Assembly (NCBI GenBank): GCA_047920895.1
Contig: JBLRXE010000001.1
Span: forward strand, 1-40,281
DNA from: Roseovarius sp.
GTDB lineage: Bacteria > Pseudomonadota > Alphaproteobacteria > Rhodobacterales > Rhodobacteraceae
Direction: 5' to 3'
Length of the DNA stretch: 40,281 nucleotides
The position numbers and the translations under genes are program-made. How positions within the stretch are numbered: the stretch's first letter is position 1; each line of letters opens with the position of its first letter. Below, piece by piece: positions 8,797 to 17,444 of the stretch. Below the pieces are notes generated by a model that was not told the origin of the DNA, did not search any database, and saw only the letters and a list, made by a program, of their open reading frames with translations.

Positions 8797-9833
8797 GTGT
8801 CATCGACGCAATCCTGAGACGACCTGCCAACGGGGCTGGCGCGGGGGCGGATGTCGGTCCGCAGCAACAGGCGGTCATCCTGCGACGCAGCCAGATCAGT
8901 TTTGGCTTTGCCGTGCTGTTCCTAGCCGGGCTGGGGGTGGTCGTTGACAGCAACTATGTGCTGCACATCCTGATCCTGGCATTCATGTGGTGCATCGTCG
9001 TTGCAAGCTGGGACCTTCTGGTCGGGTATTCAGGCATCCTCAACTTCGCCCAACTGGTGTTCTTCGCGGTTGGCGGCTACGCGAGCCAGATGCTGGCGCT
9101 TCAGGCCGGTTTCACCGCCCTGCCGGCGATTGCGCTCAGTGTTGGGATCGCGGCGCTATTCGGGTTGCTGGTCGGGCTGCCATGCCTAAGGCTGAGGGGG
9201 GAATATATTGCGCTGTTCACTTTTGCGGTCCATCTGGCGTTCCCGGCCCTGCTGCAGCTTGGGCGCAATTATGGAACCGGGGGGTCTGCGGGCTTGATGG
9301 GGGGCCAACCCCTGGAGGCCCTTGGTTTCAGGCTGACATCCGCTGACAAGGTCGGCTGGTATTTTGTGATGCTGGCTATTGCCGCGCTGTGTCTCTGGCT
9401 GATCTATTTCATTCTACTGCGCGGGCGGATGGGGCTTGCCTTTGTTGCCTTGCGCGATGCGGAGGAAGCTGCACGCACGCTGGGCGTCAATGACTTGTGG
9501 TATCGGCTATTGTCCTTTGTCATCTCTGCCGCGCTGACGGGTCTGGCGGGCGCGCTTTATGCTAACTATGTCGGGGTGATTTCTCCAACCGTGCTGGGCA
9601 ATGAATTCTTCCTGATTGCGATGACCATGTTATGTGTCGGTGGTCTGGGGCGGTTCCCGGGAGTTATTCTGGGGGCGTTCGTCATCACCATCGGGAACGA
9701 GCTTCTTCGGGGATTGGGCGAATATCGTCTGCTCATTCTCGGGGCGATCGTGGTGGTCTCGATGATCTGGTTACCACAAGGTATCGCGGCCCTGCTGCGC
9801 ATCCCGCGAATTCCTTTCAGAACGGGGCGCTGA
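8793..9833 (+). CDS. ABC transporter permease (LivM-like)
   Basis: 'LRLRGEY', 'GLAFVALRD', 'GGLG', 'LPQGI'; ATG 8793 overlaps the previous stop (ATGA). Confidence 0.92.
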   Translation: MSVIDAILRRPANGAGAGADVGPQQQAVILRRSQISFGFAVLFLAGLGVVVDSNYVLHILILAFMWCIVVASWDLLVGYSGILNFAQLVFFAVGGYASQMLALQAGFTALPAIALSVGIAALFGLLVGLPCLRLRGEYIALFTFAVHLAFPALLQLGRNYGTGGSAGLMGGQPLEALGFRLTSADKVGWYFVMLAIAALCLWLIYFILLRGRMGLAFVALRDAEEAARTLGVNDLWYRLLSFVISAALTGLAGALYANYVGVISPTVLGNEFFLIAMTMLCVGGLGRFPGVILGAFVITIGNELLRGLGEYRLLILGAIVVVSMIWLPQGIAALLRIPRIPFRTGR

Positions 9834-9882
9834 GCAGGGTGGGTCCGACCCCGAAAAGGCAAGGCCAGGTCCGCGGTCTGCG

Positions 9883-11163
9883 TCAGACGATCCCGGCGGT
9901 CTCCAGCGTCGCAAGAAAGAGCACATTGGCGCTGGCGGCAGCCCAGTCGGGCGTGATCGATTCCGCTTCGCTATGGGAAAGGCCGCCCTCACAAGGACAC
10001 ATCAGCATGACTGAAGGTGCGACACGCGTCATCCAGCAGGCGTCATGACCGGCGCCCGAGGTCAGATGCATGTGGCTGTAGCCAAGCCTGTCTGCCGCCT
10101 GTTCAAGTCTGGCGGCGAGGGTCATATCGAACTTGACGGGTTCGAAAGATCCGACGGGTTCGATGCTGCAGCCCACATCCAGATCGTCGCAAATATGCCG
10201 CGCGCGAGTTTCCAGTTCCCTCCGGAGGGCATTCAGCAGGTCGGGATTCGGCGAACGGATGTCAACGGTGAAGACCACCTGCTCGGGCAGGACATTCCTT
10301 GAATTGGGCGTCACGGCGATCTGGCCAACCCCGCAGAGGGCGTCGGGCTGATTGGACATTGCGAGGCTGCGGGCCAGCTCGATGATCCGGGCCATGGCAA
10401 GGGTGGCATCTGCGCGGCTGGCCATGGGGGTAGTTCCGGTATGTGATTCGCGACCTGTCAATGTGAACTCCAACCACCACAAACCCTGGCCGCGTGTGAC
10501 GACGCCGATCTCGCAATTGTTGTCCTCGAGGAGGGGGCCCTGCTCGATATGCAGTTCGAGATAGGCATGGGCTTTTCGGGCGCCGCACGCCTCGTCGCCC
10601 TGCCAGCCAATGCGATTGAGCTCTTGGCCCAAGCTCTTGCCGTTGGCATCAAGACGCGACAGCCCGTATTCGAGGCTGTGAACGCCAGCGAAAACGCCTG
10701 ATGCCAGCATGGGCGGCGCGAAGCGTGATCCTTCTTCGTTGGTCCAGTTCACGATGGTGATGGGATGGTGCGTCTTTAGGCCGAGCTCGTTCATTGTTCG
10801 AATGATCTCAAGGCCGGCCATCACACCTAGTACACCGTCATAGCGCCCCCCGGTCGGCTGAGTGTCGAGATGGGAACCGACGAAGACGGGTAGCGCCTCC
10901 GGATCGATGCCGGGCCGCGTGGCGAACATGTTCCCCATCTGATCGACACCAACCGTTAGGCCCGCGTCTTCACACCATTTTCTGAACAGGTGTCGTGCTT
11001 CTCCATCCTCATCGGTCAGCGCCTGACGGTTGTTTCCGCCGGCCTTTCCAGGACCGATCTTGGCGATCTCGTGGATGGATGTCCAAAGCCGTTCAGTATC
11101 AAGCTTTATGTTGGTGTCGATCCGCTGAGCCACGGGAGAGTCCTCGCTTTTTGTGTCCATCAA
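9883..11163 (-). CDS. M20-family Zn-dependent amidohydrolase (N-carbamoyl-amino-acid hydrolase/beta-ureidopropionase/allantoate amidohydrolase-like)
   Basis: GSHLDT, RYDG, NEEG, ELHIEQGP, HTGTTPM, SGAGHDA and GLSH motifs. Confidence 0.92.
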   Translation of the reverse strand: MMDTKSEDSPVAQRIDTNIKLDTERLWTSIHEIAKIGPGKAGGNNRQALTDEDGEARHLFRKWCEDAGLTVGVDQMGNMFATRPGIDPEALPVFVGSHLDTQPTGGRYDGVLGVMAGLEIIRTMNELGLKTHHPITIVNWTNEEGSRFAPPMLASGVFAGVHSLEYGLSRLDANGKSLGQELNRIGWQGDEACGARKAHAYLELHIEQGPLLEDNNCEIGVVTRGQGLWWLEFTLTGRESHTGTTPMASRADATLAMARIIELARSLAMSNQPDALCGVGQIAVTPNSRNVLPEQVVFTVDIRSPNPDLLNALRRELETRARHICDDLDVGCSIEPVGSFEPVKFDMTLAARLEQAADRLGYSHMHLTSGAGHDACWMTRVAPSVMLMCPCEGGLSHSEAESITPDWAAASANVLFLATLETAGIV

Positions 11164-11201
11164 TCAATTTGGCTTTCGAAGTCTACTGCGTCGATAAGTT
11201 T

Positions 11202-11231
11202 TTGACAAAAGGTTTTGGCATAGATTAGTGT
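11202..11231 (+). promoter_or_regulatory. Sigma70-type promoter overlapped by LacI-type operator in divergent intergenic region
   Basis: TTGACA (11202-11207), 18 nt spacer, TAGTGT (11226-11231); near-palindrome TGACAAAAGGTTTTGGCA 11203-11220 resembles TGACAAAACGTTTAATCA at 5078-5095. Confidence 0.6.
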
Positions 11232-11297
11232 GATCCGGTGAAACAGGATGGGCCAAGCTCTCGATGAGCGGCCAAAAAACTCTAACGGGGATCTGCA

Positions 11298-11996
11298 ATG
11301 ACACCTGAAGGTGCGGCGATTGTGTCTGGTGCTGGCAGCGGGATTGGGCTGTGCATCGCTCGCGCGTTGAAAAAGCGGGGCTGGTCTGTCGCTTCATTCG
11401 ATTTTGCCGACGCCAGTGGGTTTGATTTCGGGTGCAAGGTCGATGTTTCGGATGAAGCCGCGATTCGAACGGCGGTTGAAGAGGCAGAGGCGGCGCTTGG
11501 CCCTGTGATCGGCGTCGTGGCCTGTGCCGGTCATTATGAAGAAATTGTACTCGAGGACATTTCGCTCGAGAAATGGAATTTGATGCTACGAACCCATATC
11601 GGAGGAGTTTATAATCTGATGCGCGCCACATTGCCGGGCATGACGCAGCGCGGCAAGGGCAGTTTCATCACCATCGCGTCCGAGCGGGCTATCGTCGGTG
11701 CGGGACATGATGCGCATTACGGAAGTGCAAAGGCGGCCGCGCTGGCATTAACTCGGTCTGCGGCGCTCGAGGTGGCCGGGCGAGGCGTCCGGGTCAATGC
11801 GGTCGCGCCGGGCCCGACGGATACGCCCTTATTGCCGCCCGATTCCTGGGAACGCCAGCCATTGTTCACGCAGGGCCTGCCATCTCGTCGGATCGCCACG
11901 CCCGAAGAGATTGCCCTTGCTGTAGTCGGATTGACGGAGAAGGATATGTTCATGAACGGCGCGCTGTTGTCGGTCAATAGCGGAACGGTGATGTGA
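11298..11996 (+). CDS. SDR-family NAD(P)-dependent oxidoreductase
   Basis: SGAGSGIG nucleotide-binding motif, catalytic Ser (IASE), YGSAK, 'VNAVAPG'. Confidence 0.92.
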   Translation: MTPEGAAIVSGAGSGIGLCIARALKKRGWSVASFDFADASGFDFGCKVDVSDEAAIRTAVEEAEAALGPVIGVVACAGHYEEIVLEDISLEKWNLMLRTHIGGVYNLMRATLPGMTQRGKGSFITIASERAIVGAGHDAHYGSAKAAALALTRSAALEVAGRGVRVNAVAPGPTDTPLLPPDSWERQPLFTQGLPSRRIATPEEIALAVVGLTEKDMFMNGALLSVNSGTVM

Positions 11997-12727
11997 TGCC
12001 GACCGCGAAGTCCCAGCGAATTGCGCTTGTGACGGGGGCGGATACAGGGCCAGGCCGAGCCGTCGTCGCGACGTTGCGCGCTGAGGGCCTGACTGTCCTT
12101 GAACACTGTCTGCACATGGGATCAGGTGATTTTTCTGTGGATCTGTTGGACGAGAGCGTCCTTGACGAAATGATGGCGACCATAAGGTGCAGCCATGGTC
12201 GACTTGATGTTCTGGTTGCCTGTCATGCGCGCCCGGCGCCCTGTGCCGTGCTTGCCGGGGACAGCGAGGCTTTCTGGCGCCAGATCGACGGGATGCTGAC
12301 AGCCAGTTTTCTTCTGGTGCGCGCGGCGGCGGGGCTTCTGGCCACGTCGGGGCAGGGACGCATCGTGCTGCTGTCGTCAGGGTGGGCCGCTGGTGCGAAG
12401 CAACTTGCCGGACTGGCTGCCGCGTCGGCGGGGATCGACCTACTGACACGCACCCTCGCACAGGAATTGGGCCCGAGGGGAATTACTGTGAATGCCGTGG
12501 CCCCCGCTTTCATGGATGACGAGGACTGGCTGGCCTGTGATGCCGCCGCGCTTGATCTGACGGTGGCGGGGCTTCGGGCAGGCCAGGGCGACATCGTCCC
12601 TGCCGGAAAGCTGGGCTCTTGGAGGGCGCTATCGGAGCTTGTGTCCCTTCTGTGTCAGCCGGGGCTGGGGGCGGCCATCGGGCAAACCGTGCATTGCAGC
12701 GGAGGTTACTTCCGCCATCGCGTCTGA
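11993..12727 (+). CDS. SDR-fold protein with degenerate catalytic motif
   Basis: TGADTGPG, 'GRLDVLV', 'GITVNAVAP', 'GQTVHCSGG'; YxxxK position reads LAAAS. Confidence 0.8.
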   Translation: MMPTAKSQRIALVTGADTGPGRAVVATLRAEGLTVLEHCLHMGSGDFSVDLLDESVLDEMMATIRCSHGRLDVLVACHARPAPCAVLAGDSEAFWRQIDGMLTASFLLVRAAAGLLATSGQGRIVLLSSGWAAGAKQLAGLAAASAGIDLLTRTLAQELGPRGITVNAVAPAFMDDEDWLACDAAALDLTVAGLRAGQGDIVPAGKLGSWRALSELVSLLCQPGLGAAIGQTVHCSGGYFRHRV

Positions 12728-12761
12728 ATTATTTAAATACCGTCAGGATAGGAGAAATGAC

Positions 12762-13643
12762 ATGAACAAACCCCTTTTCCGGTCAGCGGAATCGATCTCG
12801 TGGCCCAACGGAGAAAAGGCGGCAGTCGCGTTTACCTTTGATGTCGACGCCGAAAGCCCGCTTCTTGTTGCCAATCCGAAACTCGCGGAACGCATGGCGA
12901 CCATGAGCCATCAGTCCTATGGCCCCATGGTCGGCTTGCCCCGAATTCTCGACGCCCTTAAATCGACGGGAATTGTCGGGTCGTTCTATGTGCCCGGGTA
13001 TGTTGCTCGACGCTATCCCGATCAGGTGCGACAGATCACGGCAGAGGGGCATGAGGTAGGCCATCATGGCCATCTGCACGAACCTCTGGCCGGGTTGAGC
13101 GAAGCGGAAGAGCGCGCCTGCATGGAGCGGGGGCTTGAAGCCCTGCATGATGTCCTTGGCGTCAAGCCATCCGGGTATCGGGCCCCGATCTGGGAGATGA
13201 ACTGGCGCACTCCCTCCATCCTTCAGGAATACGGCTTCTTGTACGATTCAAGCCTGATGGATGCGGATTTTCCATATGAGCTTGCGTGCGGAGACGGCAA
13301 GAGCATCGTTGAACTGCCGATCAACTGGGCGCTGGACGACTGGCAGCAATATTGCCTGATCCCCGACTTTTACGGAAGTGGCCTGATCGAAACGCCGTCA
13401 AAGGCCATCGAGCTGTTTCGCGCAGAGCTGGACGCGATTCGCGACTCGGGGGGGCTTTGGGTGCTGACCTGCCATCCCTTCCTGTCTGGGCGCCCTGGAC
13501 GCAGCGCCGCCCTTCAGGGGTTAATGCAATACGCGGTCGATTGCGGCGATGTCTGGATTGCGCCCATGCACGAGATAGCCACCCATGTCCGATCACTTGG
13601 CCTAGACCCAAGGTCGCTGAATCAGCCCGATTCGAGCCTCTGA
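12762..13643 (+). CDS. CE4/polysaccharide deacetylase-superfamily hydrolase (PuuE/HpPgdA-like)
   Basis: TFDVD, HEVGHHGHLH, GYRAP, YDSS, HPFLSGRPGR; no signal peptide; ATG 12762 after GGAG. Confidence 0.88.
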   Translation: MNKPLFRSAESISWPNGEKAAVAFTFDVDAESPLLVANPKLAERMATMSHQSYGPMVGLPRILDALKSTGIVGSFYVPGYVARRYPDQVRQITAEGHEVGHHGHLHEPLAGLSEAEERACMERGLEALHDVLGVKPSGYRAPIWEMNWRTPSILQEYGFLYDSSLMDADFPYELACGDGKSIVELPINWALDDWQQYCLIPDFYGSGLIETPSKAIELFRAELDAIRDSGGLWVLTCHPFLSGRPGRSAALQGLMQYAVDCGDVWIAPMHEIATHVRSLGLDPRSLNQPDSSL

Positions 13644-13660
13644 TAAGAAGGAACGCCAAA

Positions 13661-14692
13661 ATGAATGAACGCTATACCCCCGAGAATCTCTGGCGTGCCT
13701 ACCGGCACTGCTGGTTCGTTGTCGCAAGAAGCTGCGATATCGATCAGCCGAAAGTAGCACGGCTCCTTGACCAGGATCTTGTGGTATTCCGTGACAAGGA
13801 CGGCAACGCCCGGGTGACGGATCGCCGATGCATACATCGGGGCGGAGATCTGTCCGCCGGCAAGGTCACCGATAGTGGGATCGCCTGTCCGTATCACGGG
13901 TGGTCATTTGACGGTGAATCGGGGCGTTGCACGCTCATTCCCTCGATGAAGGAGGGCTGGAACATCCCCGAGAACGCGAAAATCGGAAGTTATCCAGTCG
14001 TGGAGCGCTATGAGCATGTCTGGACCTGTCTGGACCAGCCGTTCTTCGATATTCCGGCACCGCCCGAGCTGGACGGGCTCGTCCTCGAATGGCTTCCTGC
14101 CGCGCCGATCCCTGCGAATTGCGGGTTCATGGCGGCGACCGAGAACTTTCGTGACATGGCCCATTTCCCCTTCGTGCATCACGAAACGATGGGCAACGTT
14201 CCCACTACTATCCCGCAGCTTGATGTCGCCCGCGACGGTCGCCGCCTGTCGGTGTCCTTTAGATATGAGCAAGTTGAACAAGCGCATTTCTCGAGTATCG
14301 GTAACGCGATGATGCATTACCACAGCTATGCGCCCGGCTTTGCCGCTATCCTTTACGACTATGGCGACAAGGGGAAACGCTACCTGGTCGATTTTCCCAC
14401 GCCGGTGAGCCGTGATGAGTGCATCATCCATTGGGGGGTGGCCATCGATCACAAGTTCCAAGGCGGATCGATTGACGACATCCTGAAGCTTGAAACGGCC
14501 GTCTTCGATGAGGACACACCCATTCTGAACGGGTTGAACCCGCCCGAGGTTCCGCTAACAGGCGAGTGGCTCGAGGTCTCCTGTCCGGCCGATGTCTACA
14601 CGCTCAACTACCGCCGGGCCGTGAAGCATGTCGTGGACACGATTCTTGACCGGTTGGATGGCAAAGAAGGCCAGGCCAACGCCGCGTGCTGA
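13661..14692 (+). CDS. Rieske non-heme iron oxygenase (VanA/NdmA-like demethylase or hydroxylase)
   Basis: Rieske CIH...CPYHGW; mononuclear iron motif ENFRDMAHFPFVH; C-terminal 'VFDED'; ATG 13661 after AAGGA. Confidence 0.92.
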   Translation: MNERYTPENLWRAYRHCWFVVARSCDIDQPKVARLLDQDLVVFRDKDGNARVTDRRCIHRGGDLSAGKVTDSGIACPYHGWSFDGESGRCTLIPSMKEGWNIPENAKIGSYPVVERYEHVWTCLDQPFFDIPAPPELDGLVLEWLPAAPIPANCGFMAATENFRDMAHFPFVHHETMGNVPTTIPQLDVARDGRRLSVSFRYEQVEQAHFSSIGNAMMHYHSYAPGFAAILYDYGDKGKRYLVDFPTPVSRDECIIHWGVAIDHKFQGGSIDDILKLETAVFDEDTPILNGLNPPEVPLTGEWLEVSCPADVYTLNYRRAVKHVVDTILDRLDGKEGQANAAC

Positions 14693-14700
14693 GAGATGCC

Positions 14701-15677
14701 ATGACACTTATAGAGCGCAATGCGCTTGGGTCCGTCACACGACAACGCGATATGGTCCTGACCGAGATCCGGTTAGAGGCGGAGGGCGTGGTCTCTCTGG
14801 CCCTTGAGGACCCGGAGCGCCGTGATTTGACCGAATGGGCGCCCGGGGCCCATATCGAGATCACCCTGCCGTCGGGCCGGATCCGGCAGTATTCCCTTTG
14901 CGGGGATCCTGACGACCGCAAGACCTACCGGGTGGCCGTTCTGCGCGTACCAGACGGTCGGGGGGCTCGGCAGAAGTGCATGACACATTGCGTGTTGGCG
15001 CCCGATATTCCATTCGCGGGCCGCGCAATCACTTCCCGCTTCAGCCCGCGACGACCTATTTCTTCATCGCAGGGGGTATCGGCGTGACGCCGATCCTGCC
15101 GATGATCGGCTACATGCAGGACGGGCATGATTGGCGCGCGCTCTATTGCGGGCGCACAAGAGAGGGGATGGCCTTTGTCGATGCGATGGAGGGTCAGGGG
15201 CGCGTCAGGATTGTCAGCGACGATAGGGACGGGCGCCTCGATCTTGCGGCCGAGATCGCGGACTGCGCCCCCGGCACGCATATCTATTGCTGCGGGCCGT
15301 CTGGCCTGATCGATGCCGTCACCCATGCGACGGCCGGCCGTAACGACATCGCCCTCTTTACCGAACGGTTTGGGCCCGTCGCGCCCGTTGCTAGCCCCGA
15401 AAAGTGCGGGCAGGCGGTCGAGCTGCGGCTAGCGCGCTCGCAACTGACCGTCATAATGGAGCCCGGCGAGTCCGTCCTCCAGGCCGTTCTAAGGGTCAAA
15501 CCGGACATGCCCTATTCCTGTGAGTCCGGATTTTGCGGGACCTGTGAAACGGCCATCGTCGAAGGTGCTGTCGAACACCGCGATCAACTTCACTCCGTGG
15601 CGGAGCGGGACGCGAACCTTACCATGATGATCTGCGTCTCGCGCCCGACATCCTCGCGTCTCGTACTGGATCTGTAA
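14701..15677 (+). pseudogene. PDR/VanB-family reductase (FMN/NAD/2Fe-2S) split by a 1-nt deletion
   Basis: N part 'WAPGAHIE...RQYSLCGDP' in ORF 14686..15087; C part 'GGIGVTP...YCCGP...CESGFCGTC...MMICVS' in ORF 14976..15677; one extra G in the G6 run at 14960-14965 restores the conserved DGRGGSAEVH. Could be a sequencing error. Confidence 0.85.
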
Positions 15678-15705
15678 CCCTTTTCAAACACAAAGGACGA
15701 CCGAT

Positions 15706-16320
15706 ATGACCAAGATTGCTGTTCCTGCCCGTGAGGGGCGTGGCATCAAGGTGCGCCAAGGCCAGATCTTGCGCGTCACAACGCCCGAAGGGTCGCAATG
15801 CGCGGATTTCTTCGCGTTCAATGCCGACAACACGGAAGAATTCTTGTCCTGTCCTCATACCTGGGTAACCAATTTCTCGATGGTGCCCCGAGTTGGGGAT
15901 GTCTTTTTGTCACAATTCCGTCGCCCGATGATGAAGATGACCGCCGATGGGGCGTTTGGCGCGCATGACATGCTGATCACGACCTGTGACCAGTTTCGGT
16001 ACGAGTTCTTTGGGTATGAGGGCCCGCATGCGAATTGCTCAGACAACCTCGTGACGGCAATGAAACGATTTGGCCATGCGGTCCCGCATGTGCCGCAGGC
16101 GGTTAATTTCTTTGCCAAGTCGCATGTCGCCGACGACGGTAAACTCACCTCGCCGCCGAACCCGGTGCCTCCGGGAGCCTACGTGGAAGTCGAGGCGCTG
16201 ATGGACCTGATCTGTGTTGTAAGTGCCTGTCCCTTCGATCTCGACGTTCCGGGATGGGATGTGAGCGGTGGGCATCGGCATGAATTGAGCGGGATCGACA
16301 TGGAGATCGTCAAAACCTGA
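15706..16320 (+). CDS. DUF1989 / urea-carboxylase-associated family protein
   Basis: 'VRQGQILRV..PEGSQCADF', 'HDMLITTCD', 'NCSDNL', 'VNFF', 'ALMDLICVVSACP'. Confidence 0.88.
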   Translation: MTKIAVPAREGRGIKVRQGQILRVTTPEGSQCADFFAFNADNTEEFLSCPHTWVTNFSMVPRVGDVFLSQFRRPMMKMTADGAFGAHDMLITTCDQFRYEFFGYEGPHANCSDNLVTAMKRFGHAVPHVPQAVNFFAKSHVADDGKLTSPPNPVPPGAYVEVEALMDLICVVSACPFDLDVPGWDVSGGHRHELSGIDMEIVKT

Positions 16321-16453
16321 CGCTCGACGGGCGTGTCGCGCGACATCGTCCCCGCAGCCTGATGGTTACTGGAGCCACCATTGGTCGAATGACGCAACGG
16401 GGATTAACTGCTCTGTAGTAACCATCGAAGAATCAGATAGAAGGAGTTGGATC

Positions 16454-17410
16454 ATGGGCAATGGGTCTGAAAATCAGTTTTCCGGCTGGCTGCATACGGG
16501 CGCGGGCGGGACATTTATGCGCGCCTCGCGTGTGGCGCCGGACGCTGATAGCTTGCGGGAGGCCGGCATCACGGCTGCTGTGCTTGGCTTTCCTTGGGAT
16601 GCCATGTGTATCAGTCGGACGGGGACCAACAACGGACCCTACGCGATCCGGGAAGCTAGCGATCAGTTCTCGCTGTTCAATGCGAATACTGGGCTCGACC
16701 TGACGGAGCATTACAATCTGGCGGATTGCGGGGACGTCCCGATCGTGCCGGGCTCGGCCGTCACAACCATGGACCGTGCCGAGGCCCTTGTGGGGCAGAT
16801 CTTGTCGGCGGGCGCTATACCCATCACAGTTGGGGGTGATCACTCCGTGACCATCGCCTGTGTGCGGGCCTTCGCCAAGAAACATACAAAACCAGGCCTG
16901 ATCCTCGTGGACAGCCATTTCGATACGGCGCTGGATGTCGGGGGCGAAGAGCTCAGCCATTGCTGTCCCATCACACGGGCTGTTGATGCCGGGTTTGACC
17001 CCAAGCGCATCGTGATCGTCGGCACGAACGGATGGATGAACCCACGCAACGAGTTGGACTACATCAAGGAGCGCGGCATCACGCTGATGCCTCTGGAGGA
17101 CATTATTGAGAAGGGCCCCGCCCATGTCGGCCGCGCGGCGCGCGAAATCGCATCTGACGGGGCTGACAGCGTGTACCTGACTTTCGACATCGATTCCATT
17201 GACGGCGCCTATGCCCCCGGAACCGGTGTTCCCGCACCGGGCGGCATGACCACCAGAGAGGCGCTTGCGCTGGTGGCCGAACTTGGGCGCGGCGGGCTGG
17301 GTGGCTTTGACCTAGTAGAAGTGTCGCCGCCCTATGATCATGACGGCGTCACAAGCCGTCTGGCGGTGCGGCTTATTCTGGATATCCTAGCGTCAACGAC
17401 GACCAAATAA
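16454..17410 (+). CDS. Ureohydrolase (arginase/agmatinase family)
   Basis: GGDHS, DSHFD, DIDSID.AYAPGTG, 'DLVEVSP' - all binuclear metal ligands present. Confidence 0.93.
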   Translation: MGNGSENQFSGWLHTGAGGTFMRASRVAPDADSLREAGITAAVLGFPWDAMCISRTGTNNGPYAIREASDQFSLFNANTGLDLTEHYNLADCGDVPIVPGSAVTTMDRAEALVGQILSAGAIPITVGGDHSVTIACVRAFAKKHTKPGLILVDSHFDTALDVGGEELSHCCPITRAVDAGFDPKRIVIVGTNGWMNPRNELDYIKERGITLMPLEDIIEKGPAHVGRAAREIASDGADSVYLTFDIDSIDGAYAPGTGVPAPGGMTTREALALVAELGRGGLGGFDLVEVSPPYDHDGVTSRLAVRLILDILASTTTK

Positions 17411-17444
17411 TTGGGGTCAGCCCGGCCGCTTGTCGTGCCGGACC

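Noticed and set aside
15680-16453. Guanidine riboswitch near DUF1989/ureohydrolase genes
   Set aside because: GGACGACC before 15706 is only a 2-bp stem overlapping the RBS; no twin ACGR hairpins or ykkC consensus found by eye. An Rfam scan would settle it.
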